NCBI GenBank assembly: GCA_963701295.1
Contig: OY969585.1
Location: 1,824,001 to 1,888,000 of the forward strand
Direction: 5' to 3'
DNA from: Ignavibacteriota bacterium
GTDB lineage: Bacteria; Bacteroidota; Ignavibacteria; UBA10030
DNA: 64,000 nucleotides
Position numbers and translations under genes: made by a program. Numbering within the stretch: position 1 is the stretch's first letter; each line of letters begins with the position of its first letter. Below the pieces are notes generated by a model. It worked only from the letters and a program-made list of their open reading frames with translations, did not search any database and had not been told where the DNA came from. Below are positions 52,999 through 63,805 of the stretch, one piece after another.

Positions 52999-53087
52999 GT
53001 AACTTTCGGAAGGTCTCAGAGTTTGAGCTGCTAAAGAGGAACACGTGATGCGTCTGACATTTTCAGGCTTCCAGCTCTTCCGAAAGT
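52999..53087. repeat. REP-like intergenic inverted repeat element, copy 1
   Basis: GTAACTTTCGGAAGGTCTCAGAG (22 of 23 identical to 59674-59696); arms ACTTTCGGAAG / CTTCCGAAAGT. Confidence 0.7.
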
Positions 53088-53258
53088 GTCCGTGATCGTT
53101 AAGGATCATTGAGATGGGATGAAAGCAATGTGTAACTTGTATTTGAGTGTTAGGAATCCCGGTTTACCTGCTTGCTGCTAAGTGCGTCAGGTATAATAAC
53201 GGATACGAGAAAGTCTATTCAATATATATATTTTTGACAGTGAAGGGGAATTGTAACC

Positions 53259-56200
53259 ATGGAAAAAAAAGCATTTACAATCCTGAATGTGGATGATAGC
53301 AAGGAATATTTGAGTACTCATTCCCACATTCTAAAAAAAGAAGGGTATGATGTTTTAGAAGCAGTAAACGGGAATGACTGTATGGTGATGGTCGAGGAGT
53401 GTAAGCCGGATATGATCCTGCTCAATGTCGTTCTCCCCGACACGAATGGTGTTGAAATATGCCGACAGATTAAAAACGATCCGGCTACCAAACATATTCT
53501 TGTTCTATTAATATCTGCCTTAGAGATTGAAAACAGTGCTCAAGTCCTTGGGCTCGATTCCGGTGCCGATGGATATCTATTGAAGCCAATATCGAAACAA
53601 GCGCTGCTCGCACATGTACGTGTGATGGAAAGAATAAAACGAAATGAAGATGAGCTACGTGAAGTGGCAACGATGCTTGAAAAACGAGTGAAGGAACGAA
53701 CGGAAAAACTAAGGAACATCAACAAGAAATTACAGAATGAGATTTCTGAACGCAGACAGATAGAACAAGCGTTAAGAGAAAGCGAAGAAAAGTACCGTCT
53801 CATTGCGGAGAAAACCACCGATGTGATTTGGCTGATGAATTTGAAAGGGGAAAGCATTTATGTATCGCCGTCGGTAGAAAAATTTACGGGCTATACCGTT
53901 CAGGAATATCTGAAACAATCATTCGACGATCGTCTCACGCACGAATCCGCCCAAATCGCAAAAGAAAGATTATCTAGGGAACTTGCTTATGTAGGAAAGA
54001 AATATGATGAACTCAAAGATTACATTCTGAAGATAGAATTGGAATACAAGTGCAAGGATGGAACGACCAAATGGGGTGAACTTCTCATCACTCCCTATTT
54101 TGATAATCAGGAAAAACTTAGTGGCATTCATGGTGTAACACGCAATATCACCGAGCGCAAGCGAATCGAAGAAGCCCTGAAAGAAAATGAGCGCCAGCTT
54201 TCCAGCATATACGATACTGTCGGGGATGTAATTTTTCATTTGACAGTTGAGGCTGACGGGATGTATCGTTTTAATTCAGTCAACCATGCTTTCTGCCAAG
54301 TTACAGGATTGAAAGAGGAAATGGTAGTCGGGAAATTGGTTAACGAAGTTATCCCAGAGCCTTCTCTTACCATGGTGCTTGAAAAATACAGGCAGGCAAT
54401 TAAAGAGAATTCTATTGTCCGATGGGAAGAGATTTCTGAGTACCCAAATGGACGATTAGTCGGTGATGTAAGTATTGCCCCTGTTATTGATGATAAAGGA
54501 CGCTGCACGTATCTTGTCGGTTCTGTCCATGACATCACCGAGCGCAAATATGCAGAAAATGCTCTACGCGAATCGGAAATCAAATATCGTGATATGGTGG
54601 AGCAAATCAACGACGTGATTTTTTCGACAGATACGAATGGGGTCTTTACCTATATCAGTCCGACGGTAGAAATATTAGGCGGATATAAACCCGAAGAGAT
54701 GATAGGTCATTTCATGGGTGAATTTCTTGATCCATTGTTTATACCTAAGATCAAAGAACAATTTCGTAAAGTTATGACCGGAAATCTAGAGCCGACTGAA
54801 TATCGTGTGAAAACAAAATTAGGTGAATATCGATGGGTACGGAGCTCGAGTAGACCGATTCTAAAAGAGAACAAAACAGTTGGAATGCGTGGCGTACTTA
54901 CAGAAGTTTCCGAGCGCAAACAGGCGGAAGTGCTGCTCAAGCAAAGCGAAGCACAGTACCGTTTACTGGCCGACCATATGAAAGACACGATATGGCTGAT
55001 GGACATGAATCTAAAAACGACATACATTAGCCCATCTGTTGAAAAATTGCGGGGATATTCACTAGAAGAACTCCAGCACTTGCCTCTGAATCAGCAGTTC
55101 ACACCCGCCTCATTCCAATTGGCAATGGATGCCTTTTCGGAGGAGATACCTAAAGTGATGGCTGACCCGGCCTATTATATTTCGCGTAATTTAGAACTTG
55201 AATTCTACCGTAAAGACGGTACAACATATTGGTCGGAAAACAGGTTTAGCCTCATCCGCGATGAGAACGGAATCCCTATATCCATCATGGGTGAAGGCAG
55301 AAACATTACCGAGCGCAAGCGGGTGGAGGAAGCGCTCCGGGAAAGTGAATTGCGTTTTCGTTCACTGTACGAGAATACCACAATCGGTCTTTATAGAACG
55401 ACCCCTGATGGAAAAGTGTTATTGGCAAATCCGGCATTACTCCGAATGCTCGGCTACACATCTTTTCAAGACCTTGCTGAACGAAACCTTGAACAAAACA
55501 ATTTTGAACCGTCGTATCAACGCAAGGAATTTCTTGAAAAGATCGAGAGAGATGGCGAGGTGAACGGCTTTGAATCAAAATGGATTCTTCAGGATGGCAC
55601 ATCCATCTTTGTGCTGGAAAGTGCTCGAGCGATCCGCGATGCTCAAGGCAAAACTTTGTATTACGATGGAACCGTGGAAGACATCACAAAGCGGAAACTG
55701 TTAGAAGAACAAATGAAACAAATGCAAAAGTTGGAAGGATTAGGCACGCTTGCCGGAGGGATCGCGCATGATTTCAATAATATTCTTGGGATTATACTGG
55801 CATATATCACAAGCATTGAAAAGTCCAAAGGTGATGCCAAGAAATTAGGCCTTGCTACTGAGACGATCACGAAAGCAGTACAGCGCGGCAAAACACTTGT
55901 TCAGCAGATATTGACCTTTGCGAGAAAAACGGAAACTGCATTCGGGGCAGTAGATGTAAATGATGTTGTCATGGAAATTATGGCCATGATTTATGAAACA
56001 TTTCCCAAAGTTCTTACCTATGAAAAACATATTGATAAAGAGATACGATTCATTAGCGCAGATCGTTCGCAGTTGTATCAAGCGCTGTTGAATCTTTGCG
56101 TGAACGCACGCGATGCAATGCCGAAAGGCGGCGTCCTCACCATCAATACACGCATGGTATCTGTCGCAGACTTGCGCCATCAGCATCCAGACGCCGATGC

Positions 56201-56852
56201 AAGCAGGTATGTCTGTATGGAAGTGAGTGATACCGGCGAAGGAATGACTCAGGAGATCAGAAGCAGAATCTTCGACCCATTTTTTACAACGAAAGAACAA
56301 GGAAAAGGAACCGGATTGGGATTAGCCGTGGTATTCGGAGTTGTTCAAACTCATAAGGGGTATATCGACGTGGAAAGCGAGCTTGGCAAGGGCACGACCT
56401 TCCGCTTGTACCTGCCTGCGTCGCAAATCGTAGGGTCGATTAGTGAAAAAGATGAAGAAACGCTGGAAGAAATTTCGGGCGGAACAGAGACGCTGCTGGT
56501 AGTAGAGGATGAAGAAATGCTTATGATGTCTCTTCAGATGGCACTTGGTGAAAAGGGATACAAAGTTATATCCGCAGGAGATGGACAGACAGCATTGAAA
56601 ATCTATGAAGAGAAAAAAAATAATATCGCTCTTGTGCTTACAGATCTTGGATTGCCTACTATGACCGGAATGGAGGTCTGTCAGCGGATTAAAAAAATCA
56701 ATCTGAATGCGCACATCATCGTAGCGACAGGGTATCTTGATCCGGACATGAAATCTGAGTTGCTGAAAGCGGGAATACAGCATTTTCTCTACAAACCGTA
56801 TGATCTCAAAAAAGTTCTAAAAGTGGTAAGGGAAGTGTTGGATCAAAAGTGA
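53259..56852 (+). CDS. Hybrid sensor kinase: pseudo-REC, coiled coil, five PAS, HisKA-HATPase-REC
   Basis: HDFNN kinase core; five PAS/PAC units; N-terminal REC reads ILLNVVLPD. Confidence 0.93.
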   Translation: MEKKAFTILNVDDSKEYLSTHSHILKKEGYDVLEAVNGNDCMVMVEECKPDMILLNVVLPDTNGVEICRQIKNDPATKHILVLLISALEIENSAQVLGLDSGADGYLLKPISKQALLAHVRVMERIKRNEDELREVATMLEKRVKERTEKLRNINKKLQNEISERRQIEQALRESEEKYRLIAEKTTDVIWLMNLKGESIYVSPSVEKFTGYTVQEYLKQSFDDRLTHESAQIAKERLSRELAYVGKKYDELKDYILKIELEYKCKDGTTKWGELLITPYFDNQEKLSGIHGVTRNITERKRIEEALKENERQLSSIYDTVGDVIFHLTVEADGMYRFNSVNHAFCQVTGLKEEMVVGKLVNEVIPEPSLTMVLEKYRQAIKENSIVRWEEISEYPNGRLVGDVSIAPVIDDKGRCTYLVGSVHDITERKYAENALRESEIKYRDMVEQINDVIFSTDTNGVFTYISPTVEILGGYKPEEMIGHFMGEFLDPLFIPKIKEQFRKVMTGNLEPTEYRVKTKLGEYRWVRSSSRPILKENKTVGMRGVLTEVSERKQAEVLLKQSEAQYRLLADHMKDTIWLMDMNLKTTYISPSVEKLRGYSLEELQHLPLNQQFTPASFQLAMDAFSEEIPKVMADPAYYISRNLELEFYRKDGTTYWSENRFSLIRDENGIPISIMGEGRNITERKRVEEALRESELRFRSLYENTTIGLYRTTPDGKVLLANPALLRMLGYTSFQDLAERNLEQNNFEPSYQRKEFLEKIERDGEVNGFESKWILQDGTSIFVLESARAIRDAQGKTLYYDGTVEDITKRKLLEEQMKQMQKLEGLGTLAGGIAHDFNNILGIILAYITSIEKSKGDAKKLGLATETITKAVQRGKTLVQQILTFARKTETAFGAVDVNDVVMEIMAMIYETFPKVLTYEKHIDKEIRFISADRSQLYQALLNLCVNARDAMPKGGVLTINTRMVSVADLRHQHPDADASRYVCMEVSDTGEGMTQEIRSRIFDPFFTTKEQGKGTGLGLAVVFGVVQTHKGYIDVESELGKGTTFRLYLPASQIVGSISEKDEETLEEISGGTETLLVVEDEEMLMMSLQMALGEKGYKVISAGDGQTALKIYEEKKNNIALVLTDLGLPTMTGMEVCQRIKKINLNAHIIVATGYLDPDMKSELLKAGIQHFLYKPYDLKKVLKVVREVLDQK

Positions 56853-56941
56853 ATTGTGGAACCTTCTCTCATTTTAAACTTGTTATAAATTCGAACGTAC
56901 CGCTGTATGGCATGCTATCAATCAATACAACATATGTGGTT

Positions 56942-56960
56942 GAGCTGGAAGCCTGAAAAT
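56942..56960. repeat. 19-bp perfect inverted copy of 53059-53077
   Basis: GAGCTGGAAGCCTGAAAAT is the reverse complement of ATTTTCAGGCTTCCAGCTC. Confidence 0.8.
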
Positions 56961-57021
56961 ATTCCATGCGTAGCGTGTTGTATTCAACCGAAGGTGACTG
57001 AGTTCGAAGAGGAGTCTCTGT

Positions 57022-59655
57022 ATGGAAAATTCTAAACATATCGAACGTCGGACAGGATATTTTTTTCTGCTCATCTTTGTTCTCCTTGCAGCAGGTATTT
57101 TCACAGGTGCCTACTTTGCTTACCATAACTATGAGAAAAACTACCGCGCTGAGATAGAAAACCAGCTTTCTGCTGTAGCAGGTTTGAAAGTCAACCAATT
57201 AGTTCAGTGGCGAAAAGAACGGCTGGAAGATGGACAAGTCTTTTACAAGAACGATGTATTTTCCGCAATGGTGAAACGGTACATCCAAAACAAGAATGAC
57301 CGCGATGCGAAGACAGGAATTCTAACGTGGGTAGGGCAAGTGCAGAGAGCTTATAACTACGATCTCATGATGCTGCTAGACGCACACTTGAATACGATAG
57401 TAGTGTTCCCGGAGAATAAGGAACGGGCGCGTTTAGTCATCGACCAAAGAAATACTGAAATGCTGACGTCAGGAAATATTGCTTTTCAGGATTTTTACCG
57501 GAACGATCAAGATCAACACATCTATCTAAAAATTCTTGTCCCGATTCTGGAAAATCGTTTCCCAAAACGATTGATTGCTGTGCTCGCGTTACGGATCAGT
57601 CCTGAGGAGTACCTTTATCCACTCATAAAAAAATGGCCCACACCGACTCGGACATCCGAAACGTTAATCATCCGCAGGGATGGAAACGATGCGTTGTTCT
57701 TGAATGATCTTAAATTCCACAAGGATGCTGCATTGAATCTGCGGATTCCGTTGGAAAGTAAAGATGTTCCAGCTGTGAGAGCAGCGCTAGGTCAGACAGG
57801 AATCGTCGAAGGTATAGACTATCGCGGAGTGCCGGTAATTGCCGATGTGCGCGCAGTTCCTGATTCACCTTGGTTCCTGGTCGCGCGTATGGATATGGAG
57901 GAGGTGTACGCACCTCTGAAAGAAAGATTGTGGTTGATGATCATTCTTGTTGGTGCTTTACTTGGTGGCGCGGGCGCCAGCGTGGGATTTGTATGGCGCC
58001 AGCAGCGCAGCCGTTTCTACCAGGAGCAATATGAATCAGTGGAAGCGCTTCGGAATTCAGAAACTCGTTATCGTCGGCTCTTCGAGGCAGCGAGAGACGG
58101 CATTCTCATCCTCGATGCCGAAACAGGGATGATCACAGATGTAAATCCGTTTTTGATTGAAATGCTGGGTTACACGCATGAACAGTTTCTTGGAAAGAAG
58201 CTGTGGGAATTGGGATTCCTCAAAGATATTATAACTAATGAGGAGAAATTTTTGGATTTGCGGCAGAAAGAGTACGTACGGTATGACGACTTACCATTAG
58301 AAACCTCAGACAGACGAAGAATCGACGTGGAGTTTGTCAGCAATGTTTATCTTGTCGACCATCACAAAGTCATCCAATGCAATATACGAGATATCACCGA
58401 ACGCAAGCGGGCAGAAGACGCGCTGGTGCAAGAGAAAGCTTTCTCGGACAAATTGCTTAATGCGCCGCAAGACACTGTCTTTTTATTTGAACCTGCCACG
58501 GGCAAACCTATCAGATGGAACAAACGCTTTGCGGAGGTGAGCGGTTATAATGATGAAGAGATAATTGGTATGAAAGCTCCTGACGATTTCTACAGCGAAG
58601 AAGACCTTAAGAAAGCTAAGGAGAGTATGGTCAAAATAATTGCTGAAGGGCATGGCGTTGTTGAGATGTCTCTTATTACGAAACAGGGAGCGCATATTCC
58701 GTTCGAGTATGTTGCAACCGTCGTCGAGACAGTAGATGGAAAAAAAATATTTCTATCTATCGGCAGAGATATCACTGAACGCAAGCTAGCGGGAGCATAT
58801 GGAGAATTGGGCAGAGAAATCCTACAGATACTCAACGAGCCGGGAGATATACAGGATTCTCTACAGCGCGTCCTCGCCGCATTGAAGACAAGGACTGGGT
58901 TCGATGCCGTGGGCATTCGCCTGCAGGACGGGGAGGACTTTCCGTATTTCACCCAGGAAGGTTTTTCCAAGGATTTTTTGTTGACTGAAAATACGTTGAT
59001 CGAGCGTGGTCCTGATGGTGGAGTGTGCCGGGATAAAAACGGCAACGTCAATCTTGAATGTACCTGCGGGTTGGTTATTTCCGGCAAGACCGACCCGGCC
59101 AATCCACTTTTTACACCGGGGGGAAGCTGCTGGATCAACGACTCATTCCCACTTCTGGATATCCCGCCTGGTGAAGATCCCCGGTATCATCCACGCAACC
59201 GTTGTATTCATAAAGGCTATGCCTCTGTTGCGCTAGTACCCATTCGGAACAAGGAAAGGATTGTAGGTTTGATTCAGTTCAACGACCGGCGCAAAGGACG
59301 TTTCACTCTCAACACAATTGCACTCCTGGAAGGAATCGCATCGCATATCGGAGTAGCTCTGATGCGTAAGCAAGCGGAAAAAGAACTGCAGGAATCCATG
59401 AAGGAACGAGAGAATTTAATTCGAGAACTTCAGTATGCTTTGGAGAACATTAAAACTCTGCAAGGACTTATTCCCATTTGTTCAAATTGTAAGAAAATTA
59501 GAGACGATAAAGGATACTGGAATCAAGTAGAAGGCTATATCAGTAAACATACTGATGCAAAATTTACGCATGGGATATGTCCAGATTGTTCAAAGGAACT
59601 CTATGGGGATCTCTATGAGAAAGCGGTTGAAAAGCAAAACAAGAAAAACATGTGA
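57022..59655 (+). CDS. Membrane sensor TM-Cache-like-TM-PAS-PAS-GAF ending in a CxxC...HGxCxxC domain; no kinase domain
   Basis: Two TM helices, GIDYRGVPV, DITERK linkers, LIPICSNCKKIR...FTHGICPDC. Confidence 0.87.
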   Translation: MENSKHIERRTGYFFLLIFVLLAAGIFTGAYFAYHNYEKNYRAEIENQLSAVAGLKVNQLVQWRKERLEDGQVFYKNDVFSAMVKRYIQNKNDRDAKTGILTWVGQVQRAYNYDLMMLLDAHLNTIVVFPENKERARLVIDQRNTEMLTSGNIAFQDFYRNDQDQHIYLKILVPILENRFPKRLIAVLALRISPEEYLYPLIKKWPTPTRTSETLIIRRDGNDALFLNDLKFHKDAALNLRIPLESKDVPAVRAALGQTGIVEGIDYRGVPVIADVRAVPDSPWFLVARMDMEEVYAPLKERLWLMIILVGALLGGAGASVGFVWRQQRSRFYQEQYESVEALRNSETRYRRLFEAARDGILILDAETGMITDVNPFLIEMLGYTHEQFLGKKLWELGFLKDIITNEEKFLDLRQKEYVRYDDLPLETSDRRRIDVEFVSNVYLVDHHKVIQCNIRDITERKRAEDALVQEKAFSDKLLNAPQDTVFLFEPATGKPIRWNKRFAEVSGYNDEEIIGMKAPDDFYSEEDLKKAKESMVKIIAEGHGVVEMSLITKQGAHIPFEYVATVVETVDGKKIFLSIGRDITERKLAGAYGELGREILQILNEPGDIQDSLQRVLAALKTRTGFDAVGIRLQDGEDFPYFTQEGFSKDFLLTENTLIERGPDGGVCRDKNGNVNLECTCGLVISGKTDPANPLFTPGGSCWINDSFPLLDIPPGEDPRYHPRNRCIHKGYASVALVPIRNKERIVGLIQFNDRRKGRFTLNTIALLEGIASHIGVALMRKQAEKELQESMKERENLIRELQYALENIKTLQGLIPICSNCKKIRDDKGYWNQVEGYISKHTDAKFTHGICPDCSKELYGDLYEKAVEKQNKKNM

Positions 59656-59722
59656 CCTTCGGTAGGATATCGAGTAACCTTCGGAAGGTCTCAGAGGTTA
59701 AGCAGAGATACCTTCCGAAGGT
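59655..59722. repeat. REP-like intergenic inverted repeat element, copy 2
   Basis: ACCTTCGGAAGGT (59677-59689) / ACCTTCCGAAGGT (59710-59722), plus a degenerate ACCTTCGGTAGG at 59655. Confidence 0.7.
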
Positions 59723-59740
59723 GCCTTAAGGAGTACTAAA

Positions 59741-62700
59741 ATGGCACAACATAAGAAAGAAACAATAAAGCCGAAAACTTCCTCACCTGAAAAATCACAT
59801 TCGCCATATATTCTTCTCGTTGAAGATGAACCGACCCATGTTGCAATTATGCGCCATACTATTCAATCCGCTAACCCGAATGCTATGGTGAAGGTTGCGG
59901 GTTCCTTGCAGGAGTATCGCAGCGCCATTTCGAAATCTTTGCCGGAAATAGCTTTGATCGATATGTATCTTCCGGATGGAAAAGCTCTCGAGGTGCTGAC
60001 ATCTCCGCTGGAAGCCGGGTCGTTCCCGATTGTAGTGATGACAAGTTCCGGCGATGAGAAAATTGCTGTCAAGGCGATGAAAGCAGGGGCGCTCGATTAT
60101 GTAGTGAAATCTCCCGATGCTTTTAAAGAAATACACCGCACCTTAGAGCGTACTCTGCGCGAGTGGAAACTGATCCATGAGCGTAAAAGGGCTGAAGAAT
60201 TACTACAGGAAACAGAGAAAAAGTACAAGACAATTATTGAAGGTGCTGCAGAGGGTATTTTGATAGCTGATCTGGAAACCAGAAAATTCAAATACGCAAA
60301 TCCTGTAATTTGTTCAATGCTCGGTTACAGCGCTGACGAGCTTCTCGGATTATCCGTAAATGACATTCACCCGCCAGAGCATCTGCCGGAAGTAATCACT
60401 GTATTCGAATCACAGGCTCGTGGTGAAATTATGCTTTCGCCCCCAATCCAATGTTTGCGTAAAGATGGGTCTGTATTTTTTGTAGAAATAAATACAGCGA
60501 ATGTAATTATTGATGGAAAACCATGTAACGTAGGATTTTTTACAGATATCACTGAGCGTAAGCGGGCGGAACAACAGATTGCCGATGCACTATATTACAT
60601 CGAAACTGTATTCGAAGCTTCACCAGTTGGCATCATCACGTACAAAGAGAGCGGTGAAGTGATCTCTGCGAACCGTGCAGCCGCGATAATTGTAGGCACA
60701 ACAATTGAACAACTGCATAAGCAAAACTTCAAGGAACTCAAGTCATGGGAGCGATCCGGTCTCCGGGAAGCTGCGAATGCCGCGCTCGCCTCAAGCGATG
60801 AAAGGCGCATCGAAGTTCATGACGTTAGCACATTCGGCAAGGAAGCTGTGTTTGCCGCGCGTTTTGTGCCATTCATGCACCAGGGTCGAAAAGAACTATT
60901 GGCTCTATTCTCAGACATCACCGAGCGCAAACGGGCAGAAGAGGCACTGTGGGAAAGTGAAAATCGTTTTCGATTGATTACAGAACAGTCCCTAATGGCT
61001 GTTGGGATCATACAGGATGGTGTATACAAATATTTCAATAAAGCTTATGAGGAGATAAGCGGATACTCTGCAGATGAGATAAAGAAATGGAAACCTTTTG
61101 AGTTCACTAAGACCGTTCATCCCGATGACCTGAACTTTGTTACAGACGAAATCAAAAAGAAGCAGATCGGCCATCCTGATGTTGTACCTTGCTACTCTTT
61201 CAGGGGGATACATAAGAGTGGCGATATCAGATGGATAGATTTGTATTCTAAGACAGTGATATATGAAAACAGGTCGGCCGATCTGGTTACATTCACTGAC
61301 ATCACCGAGCGCAAGCGGGCGGAGGAAGTATTAGAATCTCAACATGCATTGCTTACTGCTATGATTAATAGCGCAAGCGATATTTTTATTTTCTCCTTGG
61401 ATAAAAATTACAGCTATACCACATTTAATGAAAAGCATCGTAAAGAAATGAAACGAGTTTGGAATGCTGACATTAAAATTGGAATGAATCTGCTTGATTG
61501 CATGCAGATGCCGGAACTACGAGAACTGGTAAAACAAAGCATAGATCGTGCGTTAAAGGGAGAAGCTTTTTCGGAAATACAACACCAACCTAATCTGAAT
61601 ATTTATTACGAGTTCAGTTGGAATCCGATCCATCAAAAAGAAGAAATTGTCGGAGTTACAGTTTTCATAAGAGATATCACCGAGCGCAAACTCGCCGAAG
61701 AGGTGATCAAGCAGACAGAAGAGAATTTCCGCCGTTCTTTGGAGGACTCTCCTTTGGGAGTTCGCATCGTTACCGCTCAAGGTGATACAGTTTATGCCAA
61801 CCGGGCGATTCTGGATATCTATGGTTACGACAATCTTGAGGAACTGAAAAGAACCCCCGTAAAGGATCGCTATACTCCAGAGAGTTATGCCGAGTTCGAA
61901 ATAAGAGAGGAGAAAAGAAAACAGGGCGAGTTTGGTCCGTCTGAATATGAAATAAGCATCGTGAGGAAAAATGGCGAAGTTCGCTATGTTCAGGTTTTCC
62001 GCAAAGAAGTCTTTTGGAATGGCGCAAAACAGTTTCAGGTCATTTACCAGGACATCACCGAGCGCAAGCGGGTGGAGGAAGCACTCAGCCAAAGCCTGGA
62101 ACGCTACCGATTGTTACACGATTATGCACCGGTTGGAATTCTATTAGTGAATCGATCAGGACAAATCCTTGAGACGAATCCCGCGGCGCTTCAAATTCTT
62201 GGATCACCCTCTGCTGAGGCGACAAAGGGAATAAACCTTTTGACATTTCCACGTCTCATCGAGGCCGGGATTTCAACTGCCTTCCAGCATTGTATTGAAA
62301 CAGGTCGGACTGTCTTTGGCGAGTATCCATATACAACCAATTGGGGAAAATCAATTCGTATACGTTTGCAATTTGTCCCTATTTTTGATGATCATGGTCA
62401 GGTGGTTCTGGTGCATAATATCTTTGAGGATATTACCGAGCGTAAGATATTAGAAGAACAACTGCGCCAAATGCAGAAGTTAGAAGGATTAGGTACGCTC
62501 GCTGGAGGGATCGCGCATGACTTTAATAATATTCTTGGAATTATTTTGGCATATAATTCAAGTGTCGAAAGGTCTAAAGGTGATGCCAAGAAATTAGGCC
62601 TTGCTACTGAGACAATCACGAAAGCAGTACAGCGCGGCAAAACACTTGTTCAACAAATATTAACGTTTGCGAGAAAAACGGATACAGCATTTGGTCCGGT

Positions 62701-63601
62701 GAATGTCAATGATGTTATCATGGAAATTATGAGCATGATTTATGAAACGTTTCCTAAGACTTTGACCTGTTCGCAGAATTTCGATAAATCGATCCCTTAC
62801 ATCAGTGCCGATCGTTCCCAGTTAAATCAAATGTTGCTGAATCTTTGCATGAATGCACGAGATGCGATGCCAAGCGGCGGCGTTCTTACTATCAGTACGC
62901 ATATTGTCTCTGTTGCAAACCTGCGTAATCAGCATCCGGATGCTGCTGCGAGCAGTTATGTCTGTATTGAAGTGAGTGATACGGGGGAAGGGATGACCGA
63001 AGAGATACGAAAGAGAATCTTTGAGCCGTTTTTCACCACGAAGGGAATAGGAAAAGGAACCGGATTGGGATTGTCTGTGGTGTTCGGAGTTGTTCAAACT
63101 CATAGGGGATTTATTGATGTAGAAAGTGAACTTGGCGAAGGAACTACATTCCGAATATATTTGCCCATATCAGAAGTGACAAAACCGATTATTGAAAAAG
63201 CCGAAGAAACATGGGAAGAAATAGCGGGTGGAACAGAAACATTGCTGGTTGTAGAGGATGAAGAGATGCTGATGATGTCTCTTCAGATGGTGCTCGTTGA
63301 TAAGGGATACAAAGTTCTTTCAACTCAAGATGGATTTAAGGCACTGGTAATCTATCAAGAGAGAAAAAAGGATATCGCTCTTGTGCTGACCGATCTCGGA
63401 TTGCCTACTATGACCGGATTGGAAGTGTGTCAACATATCAAAGCAATCAATCCGAATGAACGTGTTATCCTGGCGACAGGTTTTCTTGATCCGGATATGA
63501 AATCAGAATTTCTGAAAGCGGGGATACAGCATTTTCTCTATAAACCGTATGATCTCAGGAATGTTCTAAAAGTTGTGCGGGAAGTGTTGGATGAGAAATA
63601 A
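59741..63601 (+). CDS. Hybrid sensor kinase: REC, six PAS, HisKA-HATPase-REC
   Basis: N-terminal REC+PAS closely paralogous to the 48797 gene; HDFNN kinase core. Confidence 0.93.
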   Translation: MAQHKKETIKPKTSSPEKSHSPYILLVEDEPTHVAIMRHTIQSANPNAMVKVAGSLQEYRSAISKSLPEIALIDMYLPDGKALEVLTSPLEAGSFPIVVMTSSGDEKIAVKAMKAGALDYVVKSPDAFKEIHRTLERTLREWKLIHERKRAEELLQETEKKYKTIIEGAAEGILIADLETRKFKYANPVICSMLGYSADELLGLSVNDIHPPEHLPEVITVFESQARGEIMLSPPIQCLRKDGSVFFVEINTANVIIDGKPCNVGFFTDITERKRAEQQIADALYYIETVFEASPVGIITYKESGEVISANRAAAIIVGTTIEQLHKQNFKELKSWERSGLREAANAALASSDERRIEVHDVSTFGKEAVFAARFVPFMHQGRKELLALFSDITERKRAEEALWESENRFRLITEQSLMAVGIIQDGVYKYFNKAYEEISGYSADEIKKWKPFEFTKTVHPDDLNFVTDEIKKKQIGHPDVVPCYSFRGIHKSGDIRWIDLYSKTVIYENRSADLVTFTDITERKRAEEVLESQHALLTAMINSASDIFIFSLDKNYSYTTFNEKHRKEMKRVWNADIKIGMNLLDCMQMPELRELVKQSIDRALKGEAFSEIQHQPNLNIYYEFSWNPIHQKEEIVGVTVFIRDITERKLAEEVIKQTEENFRRSLEDSPLGVRIVTAQGDTVYANRAILDIYGYDNLEELKRTPVKDRYTPESYAEFEIREEKRKQGEFGPSEYEISIVRKNGEVRYVQVFRKEVFWNGAKQFQVIYQDITERKRVEEALSQSLERYRLLHDYAPVGILLVNRSGQILETNPAALQILGSPSAEATKGINLLTFPRLIEAGISTAFQHCIETGRTVFGEYPYTTNWGKSIRIRLQFVPIFDDHGQVVLVHNIFEDITERKILEEQLRQMQKLEGLGTLAGGIAHDFNNILGIILAYNSSVERSKGDAKKLGLATETITKAVQRGKTLVQQILTFARKTDTAFGPVNVNDVIMEIMSMIYETFPKTLTCSQNFDKSIPYISADRSQLNQMLLNLCMNARDAMPSGGVLTISTHIVSVANLRNQHPDAAASSYVCIEVSDTGEGMTEEIRKRIFEPFFTTKGIGKGTGLGLSVVFGVVQTHRGFIDVESELGEGTTFRIYLPISEVTKPIIEKAEETWEEIAGGTETLLVVEDEEMLMMSLQMVLVDKGYKVLSTQDGFKALVIYQERKKDIALVLTDLGLPTMTGLEVCQHIKAINPNERVILATGFLDPDMKSEFLKAGIQHFLYKPYDLRNVLKVVREVLDEK

Positions 63602-63742
63602 TCATTATCCAACACAGGAATAGATGAAAAAGATCTTAGCCGAATTAGACTATCTCGTGTATGTTTCCTGGCGAGGTCCTACACTTCTCTCCAATCATCA
63701 CCGCTTTCATGAGCGTCCTGAAAATGATGTTTTGAAGATGAC

Positions 63743-63805
63743 CCGTGAATGTTCGCTCAAAGGAAGGTTTGAGAGTAAACCATTCGAAGCATCCGACAAA
63801 ATTCA
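63743..63805 (+). repeat. About 60-bp diverged direct repeat, copy 2
   Basis: CCGTGAATGTTCGCTCAAAGGAAGGTTTGAGAG...CCGACAAAATTCA aligns with 48333-48393. Confidence 0.7.

Noticed and set aside
52999-59722. CRISPR array or IS element from the intergenic repeats
   Set aside because: Repeats are few, kilobases apart and lack regular spacers; no cas or transposase ORF in the window
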